From Terriglobia bacterium (lineage in GTDB: Bacteria > Acidobacteriota > Terriglobia > 20CM-2-55-15): 64,000 nucleotides of DNA. How positions within the stretch are numbered: position 1 is the stretch's first letter; every line of letters starts with the position of its first letter. The position numbers were made by a program, and so were the translations under genes. The notes under the pieces were generated by a model, which was not told the DNA's origin, did not search any database, and worked only from the letters and a program-made list of their open reading frames with translations. This document shows, piece after piece, positions 1 through 9,351 of this stretch. The DNA is taken from the NCBI GenBank assembly GCA_965218585.1, contig CBDCLE010000001.1, forward strand, positions 160,001 through 224,000, written 5' to 3'.

Positions 1-254
1 GTTTCCACGGTCATCACGTCGGCGATATCAATCGTACGTATTACCGTTCCAAGGACGAAGAGGCAGAGTGGAAGACCAATCGCGATCCGATCAAAAACTT
101 CGGCGCGTGGTTAGTCACTGAACAGATTGCCGATAGCGACGGTCTCGCCGGGATCGAGGCTGAAGTTCAGAGCGAAATCGATGCGGCTGTCGAGTTTGCG
201 AAGGACGCTCCTTACCCTGCGGTCGAAGAGGTGGATGAAGATGTCTATGCCTGA
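1..254 (+). CDS. 2-oxoacid/acetoin dehydrogenase E1 alpha subunit, 3' fragment (runs off window start)
   Basis: Frame from nt 3 reads FHGHHVGDINRTYYRSKDEEAEWKTNRDPI...AVEFAKDAPYPAVEEVDEDVYA*, a typical E1-alpha C-terminus. The stop overlaps the E1-beta start. Confidence 0.88.
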   Translation, partial: FHGHHVGDINRTYYRSKDEEAEWKTNRDPIKNFGAWLVTEQIADSDGLAGIEAEVQSEIDAAVEFAKDAPYPAVEEVDEDVYA

Positions 255-1242
255 AACTCAAACTGCAGTCCGTCAACTTACGCTGGGCGAAGCTGTTCGG
301 GAGGCGCTCTCGGAAGAATTACGGCGCGACCCGACCGTTTTGATTCTTGGCGAAGATATCGCCGAGGCCGGAACCGCCTTCAAGGTCCTGACCGGTATGG
401 TCGACGAGTTCGGGCCTGAACGCATCCTGGATACGCCGATATCGGAACCGGGCTTTACCGGAATTGCAGTCGGTGCTGCCATGACGGGCCTGCGTCCGGT
501 CGTAGACATCATGTTTGGCGATTTCATAGGACTCACGATGGATCAGATGGTGAACCAGGCTGCGAAGATCCACTACATGTCAGGCGGCAGCTGGAAGGTT
601 CCACTGGTGATGCGGACGACACTGGGCGCGACCAGGCGCACCGCCGCGCAGCACTCGCAGTCGTTGCATGCATGGTTCTGTCACGTGCCGGGCTTAAAGG
701 TCGTCATGCCGTCAACGCCATACGACGCCAAGGGACTCATGAAGTCCGCGATCCGGGACGACAATCCGGTCGCCGTCTTTGAAGACAAAATGATGTACAC
801 GCTCAAGGGACCGGTTCCGGAAGAAGAGTATACGATTCCCCTGGGTGTGGCCGACATCAAGCGCGAGGGTGAAGACCTTACGATCGTTGCGACCAGCAGC
901 ATGGTCCAGGTGGCCCTCGGTGCGGCCAATATGCTGGAAGAACACGACATAAGTGCTGAAGTTGTGGATCCGCGCACGCTTTGGCCGCTCGATGAAGAAA
1001 CGATTCTGAACTCCGTGAGAAAGACATCGCATGTCATAGTCATGGACGAAGGCTATGGTCGATACGGCGTTATGGCTGAACTCGCCGCAACGATTACCGA
1101 AGGCGCTTTCTTTGATCTGGAAGCGCCTGTAAAGAGAATAGGAGCAATGCATGTTCCCATTCCGTTCTCTCCGCCGCTGGAAGATGCAACGGTGCCGACC
1201 GAAGAGATGGTGTTTGAGGCGGCGAGGGAACTCTGCGGATAG
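247..1242 (+). CDS. 2-oxoacid/acetoin dehydrogenase E1 beta subunit
   Basis: Motifs GEDI, DTPISE, DQMVNQAAK, AQHSQ and VVDPRTLWPLD. Start placed at ATG 247 (MPETQ), overlapping the E1-alpha stop. Confidence 0.93.
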   Translation: MPETQTAVRQLTLGEAVREALSEELRRDPTVLILGEDIAEAGTAFKVLTGMVDEFGPERILDTPISEPGFTGIAVGAAMTGLRPVVDIMFGDFIGLTMDQMVNQAAKIHYMSGGSWKVPLVMRTTLGATRRTAAQHSQSLHAWFCHVPGLKVVMPSTPYDAKGLMKSAIRDDNPVAVFEDKMMYTLKGPVPEEEYTIPLGVADIKREGEDLTIVATSSMVQVALGAANMLEEHDISAEVVDPRTLWPLDEETILNSVRKTSHVIVMDEGYGRYGVMAELAATITEGAFFDLEAPVKRIGAMHVPIPFSPPLEDATVPTEEMVFEAARELCG

Positions 1243-1381
1243 CCGTTTCAATCGATCCAACGGCCCGGTAATTCATTTAGGGGGCACCGTTGGCCAACCG
1301 GCGCGTGGAGCCTGTAGCCCTTGATCCGTAAGGGATTTTCAACTATTCTCAGGCTATCCAAAGTCGAGAGAGAGAGGACCT

Positions 1382-2770
1382 ATGATCCAAGAACCCGTTT
1401 CAGCCGAAAGCACCCAGATTCAGGAACTTGTGGCCCAATCCCGCCTTGCGCAAGCGGCCTTCGAGTCGTTTTCCCAGGAGCAAGTGGACGCGATTGTCAA
1501 AGGCATTGGCCAATATGTCTTCGACAACGCCGCCGAGTTGGCCAGGCTTGCCGTCGACGAGAGTGAGATCGGCGTATATGAAGACAAGATTCTCAAGAAC
1601 CAGGTCAAGCCCCGCATCATCTGGAACAGTCTGAAGGGCAAGAAGTCCCGCGGCATCATCGATGAGGATCTCGAGGCCAACCTGATTTACGTGGCCAAGC
1701 CCATGGGCGTGGTTGGAGCCGTGACACCGATCACCAATCCGATTGTGACGCCGATGTGCAATGCCATGTTCGCCCTCAAGACGGGAAACTCGGTGATTTT
1801 TGCGCCCCATCCCAAGGCCCTGAACTGCACGAGGGTTCTGACTGATGCTTTCATGAAGATCGTGAAAGATAACGGTGGGCCCGACAACCTGGTTCAGATG
1901 GTGAGTCCGGTGTCGGTCGAAGCGACCCAGGAACTGATGAAGGCCGTGGATGTGATCGTCGCCACGGGCGGTCCGGCCATGGTGAAGGCCGCTTACTCCT
2001 CGGGCAAGCCTTCCTTTGGAGTGGGAGCCGGCAACGTGCCTGTGATCCTGGATGTGGATGAGGATGCGGAACTGGACGAGGCCATAGGGAAGATCGTCGC
2101 AGGTGCTTCCTTTGACAACGGCATCATTTGCTCTCACGAACAGTTCGTTCTGGTCCCGGATGAGCAATATGCCCAAGCACTGGAATCGTTTGAGGCCACA
2201 GGCAAGGTGTGGTTCACCGAAGACGAAGAACTGATCCAGAAATTCCGAGATGTCGTCTTCCCGGACGGTCAGCTGAGCCGCGACGTTGTCGGCAAGTCCT
2301 GCACCGAAATCGGGGCTATGGCTGGAGTAGACGTTCCCGAATCGGCCCGCATTATTCTCGTCCCTGCCAAGGGCTCGGGCACTGAGGACGTTCTGGCCAA
2401 GGAAAAGCTTTGTCCTGTCGTGGCGATCCTTCCCTACAAGGATTTCAAGGAAGCCGTGGCCAAGGCAAAAGCCAATCTTCTGGTGGAAGGTGCGGGACAT
2501 TCTGCCGGCGTACATTCCTCGAACGAAGACAACATCCGGTATGCGGGACTGGAACTACCCATAAGCCGTCTGGTTGTGAACCAACCGTGCTCTTTCGCGG
2601 CCGGCGGTTCGCTGTCCAACGGTTTTGCCGCCACCACCACACTCGGTTGCGGCTCCTGGGGTGGTAACTCGATTTCAGAGAACCTGGACTACAAACATCT
2701 GATGAACGTCTCGCGAATCGGGAAGGTGATCGACAAGCAGGTTCCCACGGATGAAGAAATCTGGGCATGA
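1382..2770 (+). CDS. CoA-acylating aldehyde dehydrogenase (SucD/EutE-type, ALDH family 20)
   Basis: TPITNPIVTPMCNAM, ATGG, GVGAGN, DNGIICSHEQ (catalytic Cys), KEKLCPV, EGAGH and TTTLGCGSWG. Closely resembles clostridial CoA-dependent succinate-semialdehyde dehydrogenase as recalled. GAGAGG RBS. Confidence 0.88.
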   Translation: MIQEPVSAESTQIQELVAQSRLAQAAFESFSQEQVDAIVKGIGQYVFDNAAELARLAVDESEIGVYEDKILKNQVKPRIIWNSLKGKKSRGIIDEDLEANLIYVAKPMGVVGAVTPITNPIVTPMCNAMFALKTGNSVIFAPHPKALNCTRVLTDAFMKIVKDNGGPDNLVQMVSPVSVEATQELMKAVDVIVATGGPAMVKAAYSSGKPSFGVGAGNVPVILDVDEDAELDEAIGKIVAGASFDNGIICSHEQFVLVPDEQYAQALESFEATGKVWFTEDEELIQKFRDVVFPDGQLSRDVVGKSCTEIGAMAGVDVPESARIILVPAKGSGTEDVLAKEKLCPVVAILPYKDFKEAVAKAKANLLVEGAGHSAGVHSSNEDNIRYAGLELPISRLVVNQPCSFAAGGSLSNGFAATTTLGCGSWGGNSISENLDYKHLMNVSRIGKVIDKQVPTDEEIWA

Positions 2771-2865
2771 GATCTGCCCTGGATATTGACTAAATCATGA
2801 CGAAGATGCCGGTGGCGAAAGCTGTCAGCGGACAGCTTTTCTGATTCAATTTTTGGAGGTGTGCA

Positions 2866-4230
2866 GTGGCGATAAGAACACATGGAGCCAGCGCGGTCGA
2901 TTGGGAACAGCGCATCAACTTTGACCGGTTGCGGAAGGAGCGACTCGATAAGGCGAAGCAGCAGCTGAGGAAGGCGGAGATTGGTTCGCTGCTCTGTTTC
3001 GACATGAACAACGTGCGCTACCTGACTTCAACGAACATAGGCGCATGGTCCATGGACAAGGTCAGTCGATTTGCCTTGTTGGCGCAGAACGACGACGGTC
3101 CGGTGATGTGGGACTTTGGATCGGCGGCCAAACACCATGAATTGAACTGCCCGTGGCTCGGTGATGACGAATTCGGAGAGCCCCGCTCGCGGGCCGGTAT
3201 ATCGCTGCTGCGTGGCGCAATATCCCCTGAAATGGGCATTGCAGAAGACGTTGCGCGCAAGATCAGGATAGAACTGGAGAAACGCGGTCTCCAGAACGAG
3301 CCTGTGGGTATCGACATTGTCGAGCCCCCGGTGTGGTTTGCTCTGGAACGGGAAGGTCTGAAGCTTGTCGACGGACAGCAGATTCTCATGGACGCCCGGG
3401 TGATCAAGACGGAAGACGAAATTTCGCTGCTCAATCATGCCGCGATGATGGTGGACGCGACTTACCATGAAATCTATAAGGCCATGAAGCCGGGGATGAT
3501 GGAGAGTCAGGCCGTGGGCCTGGCCAGCAAGACCCTGTACGACCTCGGGTCGGAATACGTCGAGGCGATCAACGCCATCTCAGGAGAACGCTGCAGTCCG
3601 CATCCGCACATCTTTTCAGACCGCGTCCTTCGCCCGGGCGACCCCATATACTTCGACATTCTCCAGTCCTACATGGGGTACCGGACGTGCTATTACAGAA
3701 CTTTCATGGTCAATTACGGTTCTCATGCCATGGTTGACTCCTACAAGCGGTGCCGCGAGTACCTGGACGCGGCGATCGAACTGGTGCGTCCGGGCCGGAC
3801 CACATCCGAAATCGCCTCCGTGTGGCCGAAGTCAACGGAGTTTGGCTTCCCGACCGAGGAGTCCTGCTTCGGACTGCAGTACGGTCATGGAATCGGGCTG
3901 GCGATCTGGGAAAAGCCGGTCATCAGCCGGTTGGTGTCGCTCGATCACCCGACGGTCATCGAGCCCGGTATGGTATTCGCCCTCGAAACATTCTGGCCCT
4001 CCAGCGACGGTTGGAGCGCGTCGCGCATCGAGGAAGAGATCGTCGTTACCGAGACCGGCCATGAAATCATCACGCGCTTTCCTGCCGAAGAATTGATGGT
4101 TGCCGGTGCCACCTACCACACGGTGAAGGGACCGTTGCCGACGACACGCGAACATGCGCCCCCAGCAAGCCAGAAAGTTCTGGAAATGATCGAAGCCAGC
4201 GCAAAGACAGAAGTGGGAGTGGTCGAGTAA
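2866..4230 (+). CDS. M24 (pita-bread fold) Xaa-Pro peptidase/creatinase-like protein
   Basis: NVRYLT, DARVIKTEDEI, GHGIGL, ALET and RIEE. GTG start after GGAGG. Confidence 0.85.
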   Translation: MAIRTHGASAVDWEQRINFDRLRKERLDKAKQQLRKAEIGSLLCFDMNNVRYLTSTNIGAWSMDKVSRFALLAQNDDGPVMWDFGSAAKHHELNCPWLGDDEFGEPRSRAGISLLRGAISPEMGIAEDVARKIRIELEKRGLQNEPVGIDIVEPPVWFALEREGLKLVDGQQILMDARVIKTEDEISLLNHAAMMVDATYHEIYKAMKPGMMESQAVGLASKTLYDLGSEYVEAINAISGERCSPHPHIFSDRVLRPGDPIYFDILQSYMGYRTCYYRTFMVNYGSHAMVDSYKRCREYLDAAIELVRPGRTTSEIASVWPKSTEFGFPTEESCFGLQYGHGIGLAIWEKPVISRLVSLDHPTVIEPGMVFALETFWPSSDGWSASRIEEEIVVTETGHEIITRFPAEELMVAGATYHTVKGPLPTTREHAPPASQKVLEMIEASAKTEVGVVE

Positions 4231-4257
4231 GGATTCGCGCCCAAACCAAGAGAGTTT

Positions 4258-5469
4258 ATGGCTAAAAACGTTGTGATGCCTGCGCTCGAGATGGCGCAGG
4301 AGACGGGGACGATTGTCTCGTGGCTCAAGAAGGAAGGCGATGCCATCACTAAGGGCGAACCCCTTCTGGAAATCGAGACCGACAAGGCGACCGTTGAAAT
4401 CGAAGCTCTCGCTAACGGAGTACTTGCGGGTGTGAAAGCGGGGGAAGGCGACGAGATACCGGTCGGTCAGACGATCGCCTGGATCGTCGCGCCTGGAGAA
4501 GAACCCCCGGCCGAGACCGAGGAGGCTGTCACCGGTCGCACCACGTCTCAGGCTCGATCCAGTGCAGCCACTGGGTCGGCGAAGCCCTCCGGAGGCGCAA
4601 AGAAGGCAAAGCCGGCCGGCGGTAGGAAGGTGTCTCCCAAGGCCAAGCGTCTTGCTAAGGATCACGGCGTGGATCTGTCGTCGGTCGTGGGCACAGGCCC
4701 GGATGGCGCGATCACGGGCGAAGACGTTCTCGCCGCTGCCAAGTCGGGTACCGCAGCCTCGGCTGAGGAAGCCGCCTCCGATGCCGCAGCCCCAGCTCCG
4801 TTGAGCACGGTCGCGCGCCTGATGGCCGAACGCACCAGCCAGAGCTGGAACCAGGCCCCACACTTTTTCCTTATCCGGGATGTCGACGCTACCGCGCTCA
4901 ATGAGCTGCGGGCGAAGGTCAGGCCGGAGATCGAGAAGGATAAGGGCGTCAAGGTGACGCACACCGACATTCTTGTCGCTTTGATCGGCCGCGTTCTCGA
5001 GAAACATCCAAAGATGAATGCGACCTGGAATGGAAAGGGCATTGTCCTCAATCCGAATATCAACGTCTGTATCGCGATGGCCGTGGAAGACGGTGTCGTC
5101 AGTCCGGTCGTCGCGGATGCCAACAAAGCTGAACTGGGTGATATCGCGATTCGGAGGCGAGAACTGACCGAACGCTCACGGTCCGGCAAGCTCCAACCGC
5201 CCGACATCACCGGGGGAACCTTCACGATGAGCAACCTCGGTATGTTTAGTATCGATGCCTTCACGGCGATCATAGTTCCACCGCAAGCCGCGATCCTGGC
5301 GATCGGTGCAATTGGGGACCGTGTGGTGCCGGTGGACGGGGAGCCCGGCATACGTCCGGTGATGACGATGAGTCTGTCCAGCGATCACCGCGTTGTGGAT
5401 GGAGCCCAGGCCGCACTCTTCCTGAACGACCTGGTTGCCGCTATCGAAGACCCTCAAAGCGTCCTGTAA
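4258..5469 (+). CDS. Dihydrolipoamide acyltransferase E2
   Basis: Lipoyl domain EIETDKAT, peripheral-subunit-binding SPKAKRLA...GTGPDGAI, and catalytic GGTFTMSNLG and DHRVVDG. Confidence 0.93.
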   Translation: MAKNVVMPALEMAQETGTIVSWLKKEGDAITKGEPLLEIETDKATVEIEALANGVLAGVKAGEGDEIPVGQTIAWIVAPGEEPPAETEEAVTGRTTSQARSSAATGSAKPSGGAKKAKPAGGRKVSPKAKRLAKDHGVDLSSVVGTGPDGAITGEDVLAAAKSGTAASAEEAASDAAAPAPLSTVARLMAERTSQSWNQAPHFFLIRDVDATALNELRAKVRPEIEKDKGVKVTHTDILVALIGRVLEKHPKMNATWNGKGIVLNPNINVCIAMAVEDGVVSPVVADANKAELGDIAIRRRELTERSRSGKLQPPDITGGTFTMSNLGMFSIDAFTAIIVPPQAAILAIGAIGDRVVPVDGEPGIRPVMTMSLSSDHRVVDGAQAALFLNDLVAAIEDPQSVL

Positions 5470-5780
5470 GGGCAACACCCACCAGCATCGACATCGCGCA
5501 CAGCGAGCCGGGGACAAAAGTGTCGGCCCAAGTAAAGACCCATCAACGGGAGAAATCCTGAAGGTTAAGACCGGGGTCTCAAGCCTCTGATCCACCGCCA
5601 TGAGGCAGCCTCGAACCCTGTATGGCTGCCTACCCCTCCCCCGAGTGGTCACCGCTTCATCATCCGGTCGGCGCTATTACTGCTTGGACGGCATGTAACA
5701 TGTTGTAAATAAATGGTGTACCTCGCTATTTTGCCGATCTTGTAGCTGCCTGAAGGCCACAGGGAAGAGCATGGGGCACC

Positions 5781-5825
5781 ATACCCCCGTACCGTATTGT
5801 TTGGGGTTCCCTCCTACAGTACTGT
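5781..5825 (+). promoter_or_regulatory. Degenerate CsoR/RcnR-like operator (ATAC-N9-GTAT) and possible sigma70 promoter upstream of TBDR copy A
   Basis: ATACCCCCGTACCGTAT at 5781-5797 has the same spacing as the boxes at 9222 and 13007. TTGTTT(5797)-N17-TACTGT(5820) follows. Confidence 0.45.
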
Positions 5826-5950
5826 TCAGCCCAGTATTTCCTTTGATAGATGCAAATGAATGGAAACAGTCTATGGGGTGCGGAGACGCGGATGGCGTGC
5901 CGGTAGGAGTGCGCGTTGCCGTTGCTCTCCCTTGTGGAGGAGGAAAATAA

Positions 5951-8938
5951 ATGAAGCGAATAGCTACATGTTTTCTAGGCGCAGTGCTCATGTCCGCGCT
6001 GGTTTCGGTGCCGATGTTTGCACAGGGTACAGCCCAGATTAACGGAACGGTAACCGACGCGACGGGTGCGTTGCTGCCGGGCGTCGACGTAACGGTGACG
6101 CAGACCGAGACCAGTGCGACCCGGTCGGGGATCAGTAACGAGACCGGCGCATTTATCCTGCAGAACATTCCGATTGGCCCGTACCAGTTTGGAAGTGTCG
6201 CTGCCGGGCTTTCAGACCTTTGTACAGACGGGTAACCTGTCGGTGAACGACAGCCCGAACTTCAACATCGCATTGCAGGTGGGGCAGGTGGCGCAGACCA
6301 TCGAGGTTCAGGCCAATGCGGCTCTGGTGGAGACCCGGACGGTGGGTGTCAGCCAGTTGATCGAAAACGAACGAATCGTGGAACTGCCCCTGAACGGGCG
6401 GAACGTGACCGAGTTGGTCATTCTCTCGGGTGCAGCGGTGTCGACGGGAACGTCGTCCACGCGGAGCATGCCGGGCCAGCAGGAGATTTCGGTGGCGGGC
6501 AGTCAGGAAGGTGCGGTGGCGTACCTGCTCGATGGGGCCCCCCACAACAACTGGTATGACAACCTGAGTCTGCCGCTGCCGTTCCCGGATGCTCTGGGCG
6601 AGTTCAAGATCGAAACCAGTGCGCTGCAGGCCCAGCAGGGACTGCGGTCGGGCGCGAACGTCAATGCCGTCACGCGCTCGGGAACGAACGAGTACCACGG
6701 TAACGCGTTCTGGTTTGTCAGAAACGACCTGTTCGGTGCTCGCCCCTATGCGGCAACGCGTGCCAGTTCGCTGAAACGGAACCAGTACGGTGGAGCCATC
6801 GGTGGCCCGGTCATGGAGAACAAGCTGTTCTTCTTTGCCGGGTATCAGGGCACGACCATCCGGCAGGACCCCGGGACGGTGGAAGACTTCCTCCCGACGC
6901 CGTATGTGATCTCGACCGGTGACTGGAGCCGGATGCTGTCTCCTTCATGTGCCGATTCCCCGGTGAATAGCCTGTCTGCATTCCAGGACGACGGCATCAC
7001 GCCAACCGGTTTCGTAGGCGGAACGCAGATCGATCCGGCACTCTACAGCCCGGTGGCGATGAGGGTGATGGCGACCTTACCCAACAACCTGGCCGACGAT
7101 TGCGGCCGGATTCTCTACGGCAACATCCTGCAGGATGATGACTACCAGATCGTCGGCCGTGTCGACTACCAGGCGACCGATTCGCATTCGATCATGGGCC
7201 GGTTACTGTTGACGGCTTCAGACCGCGCGCACCCGTACGAGTTGACCCAGAATCCTCTGTCCAGTTCTGTGGCCGGCTGGGACGACCTGGGGCAGTCCTA
7301 CACGCTGGGTGACACCTGGCTGATGGACGCGACGACGGTGTTGTCGACCCGTCTGGCCGTCAACTACACCAACGTGGACCGTCTCGGCGCCAACTACTTC
7401 GACTGGGCCGACTTGGGCGTCCCGAACTACCACGTCTACGTCGAGAATTTCGCGCGGATGACCGCGGACGACGGTTTCACGCTGGGCGGTTGTACGACCA
7501 ACCCGGCGTCGTTCGACACATTCTCGGCGAGTCTGAACTCGGATCTGAGCATGTCGCGCGGCGACCACCAGTGGGGTTTCGGTGGATACATCAACCGCCT
7601 CGACAACCCCGGGTATGCCAACTGTTTCTCTCCGGGCACCTTCGATTTCGATGGTGCCCAGACCGGTTGGGGCCTGGCCGACTTCATGATCGGCCAGTCG
7701 AACACCTTCGATCAGGCGACGCCGAACACGCAGCTATCGAAGAAGTGGGTGACGGCCCTCTACATGGCCCTCCGAATCCGCATCCGATCGACCTGACCAG
7801 TTCCAACCTGGAGTTCCTGCCATTCCAAAACATACAGAGCATGGATAACTCGGTCCGTTCCGGACAGACCCAGAACTGGAACCTGGCGCTGCAACAGCAG
7901 GTCGGCCAGGACTGGTTGTTATCTGCAACGTACATGGGTTCGCACAGCATCCACATGGTGCAGGGCGGCCCGGGCAACCCGGCAATCTTCTTCCCGGGTG
8001 TAGCCGACGCCAACGGCGTATGTACGACGACCGTTGCCCAACAGGATGGCGTTGAGGTTTCGGTTCCTGGCGGTACGTACACGCTGACCGGAGTGCGAGC
8101 GGGCAGCTCCTGTTCGTCGACCAGGAACACCAACGCCCGGCGGATCCTGAACCTGCTGAACCCGGTCGACGGCAGCAAGATCGCTGCAATGTCGATCACG
8201 CACAGTGGCGGGACGGCCAGTTACAACGGACTGCTCGTCAGCATGCAGCGGCGTGCGGCGACGGGCATCAACGTCAACACCAATTACACCTGGTCGCACT
8301 GCATCTCGCCGTGGCAGGACAGCGCGTTTGGCGGGACCGGTTTCAACGCAAACAGTGTGTACCAGGATCCGACCAACCGGGATCGCAGCCGCGGCAACTG
8401 CACCCAGGACCGGCGCCACAACTTTACCGTCACGACCGTGGCCCGTTCGCCTGAGTTTGCCAACGCGGGGCTCCGGGCGGTGGCTTCGGACTGGTCGTTG
8501 TCGGTGATCTACCGGATCAACTCGGGCCGCTATCTCACAATCGAGAACGGCACCTCCGACCGCGCGCTTAACGGCACGGCTCCCCGCGATCAGTTCGGCG
8601 ACTACCTGGGTGGTCCCGTGACGGCCAGCTCCGGACCGGACGATCAGTACATACCGAGGACTTCGTTCGAGCGTGCCGCGCTCGGTACGTTGGGCAACCT
8701 GGGTGCTCGCAATGTGAACGGCCCGAACCAGTGGGACTTCGACGTTTCGCTGGCCCGGACGTTCAACCTGGGCGAGACCGAGACGCTGGAGTTCCGCGTC
8801 GAGGCCTACAACCTGACGAACAGTTTCCGGCCGGGTAATCCGAACACCAACCTGAACAGCGGTAGATTCGGTAGAACCCGGGCGATTGAGTCCGACGATA
8901 CCCGGATCCTGCAGTTCGCGTTGAAGCTCGGCTTCTAA
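5951..8938 (+). pseudogene. TonB-dependent receptor copy A (carboxypeptidase-regulatory-like N-domain, Oar-like), frameshifted and internally deleted
   Basis: Signal peptide, LPLNGRN plug motif and C-terminal RILQFALKLGF. There is an extra T at 6188-6190 relative to copy B, and 406 nt are missing at about 7769 relative to copy C (14943-15348). Split across ORFs 5951-6235, 6114-7796 and 7490-8938. Confidence 0.85.
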
Positions 8939-8942
8939 AACT

Positions 8943-8965
8943 GTAGGTGCGGTCTATGACCGCAC
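8943..8965 (+). repeat. GTAG-type REP palindrome
   Basis: GTAG-GTGCGGTC-TAT-GACCGCAC, identical at 12758 and 16522. Confidence 0.85.
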
Positions 8966-8984
8966 AGCCTAAGATCCAGCATCG

Positions 8985-9016
8985 AAGCGGCGGGGCCCTG
9001 GCCCCGCCGCTTTCTT
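8985..9016 (+). terminator. Intrinsic terminator after TBDR A
   Basis: AAGCGGCGGGGC...GCCCCGCCGCTT stem followed by a T-rich tail. Confidence 0.75.
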
Positions 9017-9062
9017 GTGGTTTCTTCCACAACCGCACTTGCCAAACTCCGCGACCTTTTCT

Positions 9063-9119
9063 TTAGATGCGGTCTACGACCGCAATTCCAGTTGACGTGC
9101 GCTCACAGAGCGCACCTAC
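9063..9119. repeat. Inverted REP doublet (REPIN/BIME-like)
   Basis: Degenerate TTAG-ATGCGGTC-TAC-GACCGCA facing GTGCGCTC-ACA-GAGCGCAC-CTAC. Confidence 0.75.
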
Positions 9120-9214
9120 AGTAGAATCTCCAGTGACCGCTTCGCCCCCGCCAAGTAGCTGGTACTTTAAGGAGTTAAGTCCTAGAGAACGTGGCAATAA
9201 GTGGCAATAATTAG

Positions 9215-9243
9215 TTGACTAATACCCTACTGGGGTATAGCAT
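9215..9243 (+). promoter_or_regulatory. sigma70 promoter with a CsoR/RicR-type operator in the -35/-10 spacer, upstream of TBDR B
   Basis: TTGACT(9215)-N17-TAGCAT(9238). ATACCC-TACTG-GGGTAT at 9222-9238 matches TACCC-N5-GGGTA. Confidence 0.72.
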
Positions 9244-9351
9244 TCGGCCACTAGGACTAGTCCTAAGCGACGGATGAGCTGTGTGAGGGAAGCTGTCTAT
9301 CTCTCACGTATACAACGAGTTCCTTTCGGAATCTGAGGGAGAGGAAAATCA

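Noticed and set aside
5470-5780. Riboswitch, ncRNA or gene remnant upstream of TBDR A (hairpin AGGCAGCC/GGCTGCCT; short frame KDPSTGEILKVK)
   Set aside because: No cobalamin, TPP or other conserved riboswitch motifs were recognised, and the frame has no start or RBS. An Rfam scan would be needed.
6180-6240. Programmed ribosomal frameshift in TBDR A/C
   Set aside because: CAGTTTGGA is not a recognised slippery heptamer, no stimulatory structure is evident, paralog B is in frame, and other indels in the window suggest errors.
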